Below are positions 51,713 through 64,000 of a DNA stretch of 64,000 nucleotides, one piece after another. The notes under the pieces were generated by a model that was given only the letters and a program-made list of their open reading frames with translations, did no database searches and was not told the origin of the DNA. The DNA is taken from contig CM059452.1 of assembly GCA_030390025.1 (NCBI GenBank), positions 7,874,001 through 7,938,000 on the forward strand, read 5' to 3'. Made by a program: the position numbers and the translations under genes. Numbering within the stretch: position 1 is the stretch's first letter; every line of letters starts with the position of its first letter. Source of the DNA: Squalus acanthias (Eukaryota).

Positions 51713-52239
51713 GGCTGATTTATACTCTTTACTCAAGGCTCCGTCTCACTCTGTATTGAAGCTGGCGGTGATTATTGGAGGCTGCAACTTGCCCAGTCTC
51801 AATGAGACCGCGCTCTCTGCTTCTGTATAACTTCACAGCGACCCCTGCAATAGTACAGGAGACAGGAGACATCGCGATAGAAGGCCACGGTTTCTCACGT
51901 CAGTTTCACTGTCAGTCATACGGGATCTGCTAGAGTTAATGTTAGTGATAGTCTCACATCTTCTGCTTTAGGTGAAACTCAATCGGTCATCAATATATCG
52001 ATTACTTTGCCCAGCTGGCTCCCGTAAACAGAAGGATCACATTGGACCTGTGACAGTTCTCTGAGCAAACTGTTCCCTTAGTCCAATTCTTCTCCTCTTT
52101 CACTACACACGTGAGTTTCTGTTTCAAATATTAGCCCATTTACATTTTAAAAGTTATTTTAAATTCGGCTTCCTCGCTGCTTTTGTTGGGAATTTCATGT
52201 CTCAACAATCCTCTGAGTCAAAAAAAGAACCTTCGTTCT

Positions 52240-52895
52240 CTTGGTAGGGATCGCAGCACTGAGTACTGTAATACAGCGAGACACCAGCAGAGGGAGCTAG
52301 ATAAAGGTGTGACAGAATACAGTGCTACAGAGAGACACCAGCAGAGGGAGATAGATAAACGTTTGATTGAGTACAGTGTGTAATACAGAGAGACAGCAAC
52401 AGAAGGAGTTAAATAAATGTGTAAAAGGGTATTGTGATACAGAGAGACACCAACAGAGGGAGATAGATAAATGTGTCACTGAATACAGCGAGCAATAAGA
52501 GAGGGAGACAGATAAAGTTGTGACTGCGTACAGTCAATGATACACAGAGACACCAACAGAAGGAGATAGATAAAGTTGTGAGAAACACTGAGAGTGGGCG
52601 GCCCGGTGTGAGCTCAGAGACAGTGTGAGCTGGTGTCAGTGAGATACACTGAGTGTGGGCGGTCCGGTGTGAGCTCAGAGACAGTGTGAGCTGGTGTCAG
52701 TGAGTCACACTGAATGTGGGCGGCCCGGTTTGAGCTCAGAGACAGTGTGAGCTGGTGTCAGTGAGAAACACTGAGTGTGGGCGGTCCGGTGTGAGGTCAG
52801 AAACAGTGTGAGCTGGTGTCAGTGAGTCACACTGAATGTGGGCGGCCCGGTTTGAGCTCAGAGACAGTGTGAGCTGGTGTCAGTGAGTCACACTA
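52240..52895 (+). repeat. Two adjacent minisatellites: degenerate ~50-60-bp units (52240-52580) and 5 x 61 bp (52586-52890)
   Basis: cactg/cacta recurs at 52586, 52647, 52708, 52769, 52830 and 52891. Confidence 0.9.
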
Positions 52896-53069
52896 AGTAA
52901 ACCCCGAGATGCAGCTTGTTTTGTTTACTCGACAGGAAGAAGCCTCTGAGTTGCACATGAAGCGGGAGTCAGTCTCCTTGTGAAATCTCCTTAATAAAAT
53001 ATCTTTGTCCTGGTTCTAACCCGAACGCTGTGTACAATTCTTTCAGCCTCCTTATCATCTGATCGGATA

Positions 53070-53442
53070 ATGCTCCGGATTTACAGAGTTTCCCTGCTGA
53101 TTTACACTCTGATCTGCACGGATGTGAGCGGTGAAGATGAGGTGAAGCAGCTCCCTCGGCGGGTGGTTGTTCCTGAAGAGAGAATCGTGTCCATCAACTG
53201 CTCCGCTACCGCTGCGTTTACCTTCCTGCACTGGTACAGACAGCACCCGGATCAGACACCCCAGCACCTGGTGATGGCCACAAGCGGGACCGATCAACAC
53301 GGGAGGATCACTGCTTCAATCGGGGGAGGCAATAAACTCAGTGCCCTGACTGTGAGAGACGCGCGAGTGACAGACAGCGCCACCTATCTCTGCGCCGTGA
53401 GCCCACAGTGTAACAAACAGGCGGAGAGTCCGCACAGAAACC
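53070..53442 (+). CDS. TCR alpha-like V segment with leader and V in one exon (coding 53070-53403, RSS 53404-53442)
   Basis: MLRIYRVSLLIYTLICTDVSGEDEVKQ..INCSAT..LHWYRQ..TDSATYLCAVS is uninterrupted. RSS cacagtg-23-acagaaacc. Confidence 0.92.
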
Positions 53443-54249
53443 TGCACCGAGGGGGAGCGCCGCTCTGCTGTTTTTGGAGTAACGGGATTGGGAGGGGCCC
53501 GGTTATAATAATCGGAGGGCAGAGGGAATGAGCACAGAACAATGATGATATATTGAAGAGAGAGAGCTAAAGAAAGTGAGAAATGAAGAGAGTTGGAAAC
53601 ATAACAGAGGGAAAGAAAGAGAAAACACCAAAGAAAGAATGAGAGAGCGAAAGAGAAAGAGCGGTGTAATAATGAGAGTGTAGAGGACAGCAAATTAGTA
53701 AAGGCGGGAAAGTGAAATGAAAGAAAGTGAGAAATAACGAGTGAGAAACACAAAGCTAAAAGGTAAGAGAAAGCAAGAAACAGATTCAGAAATAAAGTAA
53801 AATGTATTTTCCTTTAAATTAATTCACATTTCCCTTCGCCCTATTTACAAAGCTGAATTGTCTGAAACAATACACATTGTCTCCCAATAACAGGTCTCTG
53901 GAAACTGCCCCATCGATAAACTCACACTTTACTCTGCCGATTTTCCCGACAGTGTAAAATTCTCAGAGTCACCGGCAGAGGGCGCCGTGGTCACATGTTT
54001 CTTACCGTCATCAACTGGAAATTATAGAGACAAATCTTGTGGTGACACCGCCCGCGGCAGCCCCGCCCACAGCTTCCGTTTGCTGCTCTCGCTCTGACCC
54101 GCCTTGCCTGCCCGGTGTTATTGAAGAGATTGTTGTCGCTGTTCCCTGTTTGGCATTGCTTGGATCAGCAGTGCAGTGGGGAGCGGATCTGTATTTCTGC
54201 TCCGACAGAGGATTTCCCGGACTGCAGAGTTACAGACTCAGGCAGCATC

Positions 54250-54788
54250 ATGTGGAACCGTCTCGCACCGCTCCTTATCATTATATCACTTCTCAGTAAG
54301 TATTTCCTCCCCAGTATAGCTCCATTCTTCCCCAACTGCTGTAACCCAGGTGCTATTGTTGGTGAAATGATGATGATTACGTTGCTTGAGATGACAGTGT
54401 TGCTGATCGTGATGATGATGACTATTACTGCTATTTTATTTTAGAATGGAGCCACCAAGACACAGTGGAACAGCCTGTCCCTGAAATGACGGTTGAAGAG
54501 GAAAGCAATGTCACACTAACCTGCACCTTGAAAACAAGCAATCCTAGCCCTACAGTGTTCTGGTACAGTCAGCGCCCCGGGCAGCCTCCACAGTACGTGG
54601 TTCGTCTTATCGGAGAGAATGTAAACCGGAACCCCGACTTCACTGACAGATTCAATTGTACGTTTAATAAAACCAGCAAGATTACCGAGCTAACGATCGG
54701 CAAAGCCCTGATCTCCGACACCGCCGTATATTTCTGTGCCATGGAGCCCACACTGCTGCAGAGATATAGCGGATCCCGTACAAAAACC
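54250..54788 (+). CDS. TCR alpha/delta V segment, intact (leader 54250-54295, V exon 54445-54748)
   Basis: MWNRLAPLLIIISLL/gtaagt; DTVEQPVPEM..TLTC..VFWYSQRPGQPP..SDTAVYFCAME. RSS cacactg-24-acaaaaacc. Confidence 0.92.
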
Positions 54789-55182
54789 CCACACTGAGAG
54801 TTCCAGTTAGTGATCACCAGAGGGCGCTCTCACACCGACAAACAGAAGCGATAATTCAGCCTCCACAGAGAGTCACAGGGACCTTCTGAAAAGGGCGAAA
54901 AAACACAACTCTCAACAAGTCACCGCTTTTTTTTCTGTCTTAACTCTTGAAGACAGCGTCTGACTGACAGAATCACAATAATTCAGATCTGAAAAAACAT
55001 GTCCAAACAGGAAAAGGACAGACCAGCGAGTGTTTACAATTCAGATTCAAAACATGTTGGAAATTGGAGAAAAGTTGAAATGTGTGTTGATTCACCATCA
55101 TCATCACCATTTCACCAACAATAACACCTGGGTTGCAGCAGTCAGGGGGAGAATTGATATTTACTGGGGAGGAAATACTTAC

Positions 55183-55228
55183 TGAGAGGTGATATAATGA
55201 TGAGGAGCGGTGCGAGACGGATCCACAT
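55183..55228 (-). pseudogene. Orphan inverted leader exon with promoter and half intron of the 54.2 kb V family
   Basis: MWIRLAPLLIIISPL/gtaagt. Region 55090-55415 is an inverted copy of about 54060-54375; no V exon follows. Confidence 0.85.
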
Positions 55229-57108
55229 GATTCACCCAGAGTCTGTAACTCTGCAGTCCGGGAAATCCTCTGTCGGAGCAGAAATACAGATCCCCGCCCA
55301 CTGCACTGCTGATAGAACCAATGCCAAACAGGGAACAGCGGCAGCAATCCCTCCAATAACACAGGGCAGGCAAGGCGGGACAGAGCGAGAGCAGCAAACA
55401 GAAGCTGTGGGCGGGGCTGATGAAGAGGGAGTGAGAAGAAGGAAATAGTCGCCTGGTGCTCACTTTCTCTCGCAATGAGCCCTTTCTCTGAAGCGGAATG
55501 ATGAAAGGGATGGGCACAGGAGCTGTTTTAAGTAACAACGTGTCCCAGTGCCCGACTGCAATGACCCCAAGAGGAGTATCAGCATTAAAACCGAACCCGC
55601 AATATTATTTAAACTGAGCTGTGGAATTAGAAGCTGGGGACACGGGGTCAATGTATAAAAGCTCATTTTAGTGCTGGCACCAGGAAATTCTTCACACACA
55701 CAGAGTGATTAATGTGTGGAATATACGTCTGGATAGAGTGGCCGAGGGAAATACCCTGGAATCGTTTAAGGGAAAGTTTGAGGTTGCAGTGAGGGGCGGG
55801 AGTTAGGATCTCTCTGGATGGATGAGACAAGACAAGCCGAATGGCCTCCTTCATTCTCAGTGATCTGGTGAACTGCAACACGGCGGGATTTGTACGTGTA
55901 GTTACAGGTACTCGCCACCAGAGGGCAGTGGGCGGATGTGTTCACTGTTGGTTTCAGTGTGAGGGCGTGTTACAGACGGACAACACCGTTTAGTTCCTTT
56001 ATTTAATAAAGGGATTCAGAAATAAAGGCATTAATTTCAAATGGAAGCGTTGTTTTATTTTTTAATGTTATTGTGAATTATTAGAGTATTATTAATGAGA
56101 TGTTGTAAATATTTTAATGACCAGCTCACCTTAGTATCACTGAGCCTATCCGCTGTTCGCATCCTCCCATTCTGCTTAAACATGTCAGTCATTCCCCATT
56201 TCATTCATATAACAGGTGGCGTTTGTACAATTTACCGTATCGTTGTGTTCAAGTCCCTCGGGGCCCGCTGGCCGTCTATATTCCCCTTTATATCAGCAGT
56301 GGGTAGATCTGATGATTAGTGAGCAGCTCTTCTAATCGGAGCCTCCGGCACTGATACCAGAACAACATTAACTATTTCCCTTTACTGCCCCCACCGCACA
56401 GATTGCACCTGTCTAGTGAATTTAGATCCCATTGCATCTGAAAACAGAATGTGGGCAAGTTGTTGCGCAAACAATATGAGATTAATGTTTTTTATCCGTT
56501 CAGGGACCTGCACTCATCAATTAAAGACAGCAGCAAGTAGATCGCACCGCGGGGACGGGGCTGTGCTGATTGTGTCCAGGAAGAGAAGCGAGAAAGGACA
56601 AATATACAACCCGTGACTCAGGGATGAGCGGGTGCAGCTTGTCACATGATATTCAGAAATTGTCTGATTGGTTGGGAAATATTTTGGCACATTGTTGAGA
56701 GACGGAATGAATCCAATTTTAGAATAGTTTGCACCAAGTCTGTTTCTCATTCATCTCAAACAATTCACAACTGAATATAGATCAATAACATCCACAAGAT
56801 ATCAATCATTGTGTGCCCGTCTGTGTTTATTCTGGTATGTGTGTCTGTGTGTGTTTGAGTGTGTGTCTGTCTATGTGCAAGTGTCTGTGGTCATGTGCTT
56901 GTTTCCAATGCTCTGTGTGAGGCTTGTACCTGACACAAGAGTGCGCTCTCTGATCACTTGTTAAAGAGCTTGCATCTCAAGCAAAGTACAACTGAATATA
57001 AGTCATTAACCTCCAAAGATATCAAACATTCTGTGTATTTTTGTTAATGTTGGTGTGTGTGTAATGTAATTCATATTCTTAAGATTGCAACTATTAATGG
57101 GACACAAC

Positions 57109-58591
57109 GGCCCAAAAATTCGGCTGAATACGGGAGAGTATGCACTGTGTACTCTCGCGTATTCGGTCCCCAAGTGCCGGTTTCCTGCATGCACTGCGCA
57201 TGCGCGGGAAACCTGCACTTCCGGTATGGCGAAGGGGGCGGCTCCTAAGTGAACCGCGTGTGCACTACAGGCTGTGCGCACGCAGCACACTTAGGTTTTT
57301 TTTCAGGTTTCAACGCGAGGGTAAGTATGGAATATTTTACACATGGGCCCAGAAATTAGACTTCGATGGTTGCCGCGGGGGTAAGGATCGTGCGCGATCT
57401 TACCTACCGCGCCTGCCTTTATGGTTCGGGCCCACACGAACTTCTGGTCCTGGGCCTCTCCCTGTTGCCGGCGCGCAGTGTGTGCGTGTCCCAGAGGCAC
57501 AGTTAGTTCGATGCGACCTCTGGGATCACGTGGGCCAGTTAGAGCCAATGGCAGCACACCATCTTTCATTCTTAGATTTGCCCCCAAAAGAACAGCTAAA
57601 CCTCAATTAAATTTCAAAAAAACCCATAACTATAGTTAAATAAATTAACCACTTTAAACAAAAATTAAAATTTTTGAAAAAATTTAAATTCTTTTTAAAA
57701 GTTATAAAAGTAAACTTACCTTTCTGTAAAGTCTCTAAAAAAGATAAACCGGTTGAAAAAAATGTAAAATAATACTTAATTAACTACTTACCTTGTTAAA
57801 TGGGGGTCTTACGCCTCCTTTTTTCATGTGTAAAATCTTCCATACCTACCCTCGTGTTCAAACCTGAAAAAAAACCTAAGTGTGCTGCGTGCGCACAGCC
57901 TGTAGTGCGCACGCGGTTCACTTAGGAACCGCCCCCTTCGCAATATCGGAAGTGCCGGTTTCCCGCGCATGTGCAGTGCATGCAAGAAACCGGCACTTCG
58001 GGACCGAATATGGGTGAGTACACAGTGCGTACTCTCCCGTATTCGGCCGAATTTCTGGGCCATTAAGAAAGGAGGCGTAAGACCCCATTTTAACAAGGTA
58101 AGTAGTTAATTAAGTATTATTTTAATTTTTTTTCAACAGGTTTATCTTTTTTAGAGACTTTAAAGAAAGGTAAGTTTATTTTTATAACTTTTAAAAAGAA
58201 TTTAAATTTTTTCAAAAATTTAAATTTTTGTTTAAAGTGGTTAATTTATTTAACTATAGTTATTTTATTAATGTGATGGTTTTTTTTACAATTTATTTGA
58301 GGTTTAGCTGTTCTTTTGGGGGCAATTTGTTTTCATAGTTTTGACAGTTCTCCTGTCAAATCTCGGAATGAAAGATGGTGTGCTGCCATTGGCTCTCCAT
58401 GGCCCACGTGAGCCCAGAGGTCGCATCGAACTAACTGCGCCTCTGGGACACGCACACACTGCGCGCCGGCACCAGGGAGAGGCCCAGGACCAGAAGTTCG
58501 TGTGGGCCCAAAACACAACGGCCGGCGCGGAGTGCGATATCGCGCAAGATCCTTACCCCCGCGGCAAGCCTCCGAGTCAAATTTCTGGGCC
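57109..58591. mobile_element. Non-autonomous TIR element (MITE, Harbinger-like) with a second copy nested in reverse orientation at about 57346-58061
   Basis: Ends ggccca(a/g)aaatt..aatttctgggcc, 3-bp flanking duplication aac, A-B-A'-B' layout. Confidence 0.8.
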
Positions 58592-58981
58592 AACGACTTC
58601 TGGAATTTCTTCACATTTCACCTTAGTTAGAGAGCGACAGAGATAGAATGAAAGGAAAAGACAGAGAGAGAGACAGAGAGGGGGAGAGAAACCGTGACTC
58701 AGATAGAGACACAGAGTTAAATAGACATATATATAGAGAGAGATAATGACACACACAGACAGGCAAGGAAAGAGTTTGAATAGATCCTGCAGTAATTGGA
58801 CACAAATAACACTCATTGGTGCAAAGCTGAAGACAGTTCTGAGAGACCAGCCAATCATGTCCTGGGAAACGCCCCTCAGTTTCTCAATAAGTGAAGCCTG
58901 CCCCTGATCTGGGTTTAATCTTTAATATCGCACATGTTTAGAACATTCTGTTATTTTCTGTCGAACTCTAAACCAGACATC

Positions 58982-59460
58982 ATGTGCTCCCCGTGTTCTT
59001 TACTAATAATAATGGTCGTGCTGCCCAGTGAGTCTATGTTTAAATGGCCAGTGTGTGTTCCATGGGTTGTATTCACTGCCAGGCTTTTCACACATTCTGT
59101 ATTTTGTTACAGGTACGAGTGGAAAAGACGCAGTATTTCAGGATCCGCCAGAATTAACCGCTCAGGAAGGACAGACCATAATACTGAACTGTCGTTACTC
59201 GGCAGAGTACACTGGCTCAACCCTCTTCTGGTACATCCAGTATCCCGGGGAAGCTCCGAGATATTTACTGAAGCGATATAGCTCGGTGTCCGGAGAAAAG
59301 GCTCCAGATACCCCAGAACGGTTCTCTGCTGATTTGGACCAAGACAACAAAACGGTTCCTTTAAATGTCTCCGGAGCGCTCATCTCTGACTCTGCCGTGT
59401 ATTTATGTGCGCTGAGCGCCCCACACCGTTACAGGGGCGCAGTCAGTCCGTACAAAAACT
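58982..59460 (+). CDS. TCR alpha/delta V segment, intact (leader 58982-59027, V exon 59113-59421)
   Basis: MCSPCSLLIIMVVLP/gtgagt; KDAVFQDPPELTAQEGQTIILNC..LFWYIQYPG..SDSAVYLCALSA. RSS cacaccg-23-acaaaaact. Confidence 0.92.
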
Positions 59461-60068
59461 GGCAAAGGACTCTCACCTCCTCTCAATGAATCAGATCTGT
59501 GACCTGGATTATGATCAGATAATAGAACGGAAACCAAATTATAAAGACGAGTTTGGCTGAATGGCTTGTTTCTGTGCTGTGCACAGTGTAATTCTATATA
59601 ATATCCCCATTTATATCGGCTGTGGGTAGTTCACATGGTCCGTGAGCAGATGTTTTAACGGGACCCTCCGGCACTTATACTAAACAAGATAACCATTTCC
59701 CTTCACTGCTCCCAACGCACACACTGCCCCTGTTAAAGGGCGAACATTGGCTTTAATCCCCGTCCAGTTCTCTGTTGTGAGGAGAACAATTTCACTCCGC
59801 TCCCCGCTCCCCGCACTGAGGTCATGTGTTGGAGAACAAAGGAGCTGTGAGATGATTGGATGAATGGGAGAACAAAGGAACTGTGAGCTGATTGGATGAA
59901 TTGGAGAACAAAGGACCCCTGAGTTGATTGGATGCCACCTGTTGACTCTGTCAGGAATGAACCAATCGGCAGAGAGACGGATATTACTCAACATCTTCCC
60001 AACTCTTGACTAAAACAATTACATGTTCAACCCGTTCTGTTCAAATCCGCCATCAACTCGCTGCAAAC

Positions 60069-60631
60069 ATGTTGGGTGGGACTTTTTACTCAGTCCTCAC
60101 AGCTGCAGCTCTATTAAATGGTAAGTTCACAAGTTACACAAACTTCCTCTTGCAGGTGTCACTAACATAGATAATCTTTTAACTGTGTTTCTCTATACTT
60201 GCCATGCATTCCGTCACCTTTATTATATTAGTTATAATTAAATGACAGTGGGAGCTTTCAGTTCTGTATTTCTAAATTTCTGCAGGTGTCAGTGGTGCGG
60301 ACTCGGTCTCACAGGGGCCGGTTACAGCGATGCAGTTTGAAGGAGACTCGGTGACCATCAATTGCAATTATTCGACCACTGCTACTTTCTATTTCTTACA
60401 ACTGTACCGTCAGGACCGGGACAAAGGCCCCACATTCTTGATCTACATCCCTTCTGGTGGGGATGTTTCCAAAGCAGAGGGGGCGGGGGCTCGATTTTCA
60501 GCATCTCTCGACACTTCGAAAAGTGAAGTGAAATTCACCATCGGCGGCCTGCGGCTGTCTGACAGCGCGGTGTATCACTGCGGGCTGAGAGACACAGTGA
60601 CAGAAACCAGAGGGAGCCTCGTACAAAAACA
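60069..60631 (+). CDS. TCR alpha/delta V segment, open frame, conserved Trp replaced by Leu (leader 60069-60120, V exon 60286-60592)
   Basis: MLGGTFYSVLTAAALLN/gtaagt; GVSGADSVSQGP..INCNYS..FLQLYRQ..SDSAVYHCGLR. RSS cacagtg-23-acaaaaaca. Confidence 0.9.
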
Positions 60632-62121
60632 CTGCTGGAACATAACAAGGTCAGCGGGATAGCGGGCAGTGTGGAGAGAAACGGGGACTTTCTAAACTTG
60701 TGACCAGAGGTGCTGATTTAAAATATACCCAAATAAACAGCAAGCAGGGAGCAACTGATAAGCATTGGGGAAACTTTCCTCTGGTGCTTCTGGGTTGAAT
60801 ACATCCTGAGCATAATGAAAAGATGTGTTTAGAGAATTTATACCAGTTCATAAATTAAAGATATTGCGGCAGAAACACTGCCCAAACAATTTGAGATTGT
60901 GTTCCAGCCGTTCAAGGAGCTGTACACACCAGGCAAACCCAGCGGCATTTCTATAACACCGAGGGAACGCGCTGAATGTCTGCAGGAAATATGATCAAAA
61001 ATTTGTATTTACATAAAGTCTTATTCATTCTGTTCAGATTCCCCTAAGTGTTTCTGATGTGCGGTCAAGTAATAACTGAGTTACATATTTAGACTGATTT
61101 GTTCCTGAATAAACCACCTATCATCGTTATTTTGATTAATCTAAATTTTGAAACTTGTTTTATTCGTGTTACTAGCATCACCTTATCTATCAAGCGCAGT
61201 TTATTTCTTGGTTAAGCTCTAATTGCCAGAACACGGCGAAATTCACCTTTCTTCGTGTCATCTGGCATTTTCTTAAGAATCTGTCCCGCAGCACCGCGTA
61301 CAATGTTTGGGCCAGCCACCAGGGGGCGGCGGGACTCCACCCTTCCGCTCAGTGAAGTCGCCGCCTTAGCTTCAGATGGAGTTTGTCAACTGAATATGAG
61401 GAAGCAGTTGGCTGCCGGAAATTATTGCAATGGAAAGGGGTTCGATCGAAACCAACTCCTGATGTGACGATCTGAAACACAGAGGAACCGTCAATTCACC
61501 AAATTGGTACAATATTTATTGAAAAACCAAGGTGGTGACACCGAGAATTCTATATACCTTTAATGAACGACCACTGACGGTGAAGGAAGGGGAGCGGATA
61601 CAATGATCAGTGTGAGGTGATGTCGGTCACGTGTTGAATTGGTTCAGGATCATTTTTTAATTCATGTTTTTAATTCATGTGGACGTCGCTGGCAAGACTG
61701 GCATGTAATTTCCAGTTCTACTTGCAATGATACAACTGGCGGTCTTGCTGGGCCACTTCATAAGGCAGCTAAGAGTCAACCACATTGGTGTGGGACTGGA
61801 CTGGACTCACCATTTCAGGACAACGGGGGACCAGCAATGAAGGCGGCCTCGCCAGCGACACCTGCAGCCCGAGAATGAATTAACACGCCACTTCTATTTA
61901 TCCAATCAAACATTGGTCTCTCTCTCTCATATATCCAATCATCGCAAGGACCGTTCACGGACGGTTCCGATTGGTTTAAACTGGAGCACGTGATTTGTCA
62001 TTGAAGAATATTGCCGCGAGCTGCTCAGTGCAAAAACTGGATCAGCTTCCCAGCAAAGGAGAGAGTATTGGAAATCAGCTCGACCCGGAGAGGCCCACAG
62101 TGGCGGAGATTGTCGGAGACC

Positions 62122-62625
62122 ATGCATTTCAAATTCACCCTTTTGACTACACTCACCTGCCCAGCATTTAGTAAATCTTTAAAGGATGATATAGTACAAA
62201 GCTACGTTTAACAAAGTTTGATTGTAAACCCACAATTAACATCCAATCAATACTTTCAGTCTTTCCACCAGATCTGAGTCAGGGAGATTGTGTCTCAGGA
62301 TTGGTCGGCTGCAGTCCTGAAAATGGGACAGACTTTCAGGGCGCAATGTAGCTATTCGGCAACAGCAGGCTGGTACGACCTGTACTGATACCGAAAGTAT
62401 CCCGATACACCCCCGGAGATGATCGTGTGGAGAAGTTCCGGCAACAGTTGGGGAAAAGCAAAAAATATTGGGAATCGCTTCAATTCTGAATTAAAGACAT
62501 GTTCAGAAGTGTCTATTTTAACCGTCACTGATCTCCAGCTGAGAAACACGGCGCTGTACATCTGTGGATTTGCCCCATCGCTCCGACACAGAGATATGAC
62601 CTAGTTCTCCTCTCGTACAAAAGCT
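62122..62625 (+). pseudogene. TCR V pseudogene, paralog of 2371-2876
   Basis: Leader 62122-62170, V exon from 62272. Conserved Trp codon is TGA (62386-62388). RSS cacagag-23-acaaaagct. Confidence 0.92.
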
Positions 62626-63199
62626 GCCTGCGGTCTGTTTTGGCGGAGGATGAGTTTCAGTGCGGTCAGAGAGAGCTGCAGCACCGAGTGCAATTCCTGT
62701 GGGCTGAATCATTGAATTATACAGCACAGAAGGAGGTCATGGTGTCTGTGCCGGCTCGTTGAAAGAACTGTCCGATTAGTCCAGTTCCCCGATTTTTTAC
62801 CCATAGCCCTGCACATTTTTGCTTTTCAAGTATATATCCAATTCTCTTTTGAAAGTTATTATTGATTCTGCTTCCACCACCCTCCCAGACAGTGCGTTAC
62901 AGATCATAACGACTGAGTGCCTGAACAAATTTCTCCTCCTCTCCCTTCTGTTGTTTCAGCAAATTATCTTAAATCTGTTTCGTCCAGTTACCGACCCTTG
63001 CGTCAGTGGAAACAATTTCTCCCTAGCTACTCTATCAAAACTCCTTATAATTTTGAACACTTCTATTAAATGTCCTCTCAACTTTCTCTGCTCTATTGAG
63101 AACAAAACCAGTTTCTCTAGTCTCTCCACGTAACTGAAGTCTTTGCTGCCTACATGGCAAGAGAGCCCCAGGTGGGCAGAGGAAACGCTTCAAGGACAC

Positions 63200-63757
63200 C
63201 CTGTATCCTGCAGTTTCGGTCTCTTTACCTAAGGAAGGATATACTTGCCATAGAGAGAGTCCAACGATGGTTCACCAGACTGATTTATGGGATGGGAAGA
63301 TTGTCCTATGAGGAGAGATTGAGTAGACTAGGCCTATATTCTCTAGATTTTAGAAGAATGAGAGGTGATCTCATTAAAACATACAACATTCTTACAGGGC
63401 TCGACAGGGTAGATGAAGGGAGGATGCTTCTCCTGGCTGGGATGTCTAGCACCAGGGGTCACAGTCTCAGAATAAGGGGTCGGCCATTTAGGACTGAGAT
63501 GTGGGGGACATTTCTTTACCCAGAGGGTTGTGAATCTTTGGAATTCTCTACCCCAGAGGGCTGTGGAGGCTCAGTCGTTGAATATATTTAAGGTGGAGGT
63601 CAATAGATTTTTGGATGTTAAAGGAATCAAGATATATGGGGATAGTGCAGGAAAGTGGAGTTGAGTTGGAGGATCAGTAATGGTTTTATTGAATGGCGGA
63701 GCTGGCTCGTGGAGCCGAATGGTCTACTCCTGCTCCTATTTATTATGTTCTTATGTT
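63200..63757 (+). mobile_element. CR1 LINE 3' fragment
   Basis: YLRKDILAIERVQR..RRMRGDLIKTY; tatgttcttatg tail. Confidence 0.88.
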
Positions 63758-63769
63758 ACCTGAGATAAG

Positions 63770-64000
63770 GCCTTTTATAATATAAACAAAGTCATGGGCT
63801 GTAACAAATAAGGCAGGGCCTAGTGCAATAATTACTGAAACAGCAACTAGTGTAATATAAACTGAGGCAGGGTCTAGTACAGTAATAACGGAGACAGGGT
63901 CTGGTGTAATATAAACTGAAACAGGGCCTAGTGTAATATAAACAGAGACAGGGGCTAGTGCAGTAATAACTGAGACAGGGTCTAGAGTAATATAAACTGA
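63770..64000 (+). repeat. ~27-bp minisatellite
   Basis: acagggtctagtgtaatataaactgag-type tandem units running to the window end. Confidence 0.85.

Overview
Eukaryotic (elasmobranch/shark) genomic DNA from the V region of the T-cell receptor alpha/delta locus. No TCR D/J/C segments are in the window. It holds about 11 TCR alpha/delta-type V segments on both strands (several pseudogenes), two orphan leader exons, and RSS with 23-24 bp spacers. The centre is a tandemly duplicated NAR-TCR (IgNAR-like V) cassette. Copy 1 (17.5-18.8 kb) is in germline V-D-J configuration. Copy 2 (22.1-22.6 kb) is already joined as an in-frame VDJ exon with a trimmed, N-like junction, a retained leader intron and new CDR1 cysteines. 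Both sit upstream of a single leaderless supporting TCR-delta V (26.7 kb). The splice phases and cysteine pattern would allow a three-V-domain TCR-delta chain (inference). Downstream lies an embedded IgM heavy-chain remnant: an RSS-less JH, no visible CH1-CH3, then Cmu4 with secretory tail, TM1 and TM2. The rest is CR1, L2-like and RTE LINEs, SINEs, a self-nested MITE and minisatellites. Most ORFs in the supplied track are LINE fragments or spurious. All coordinates were read by eye and may be off by a few bases.
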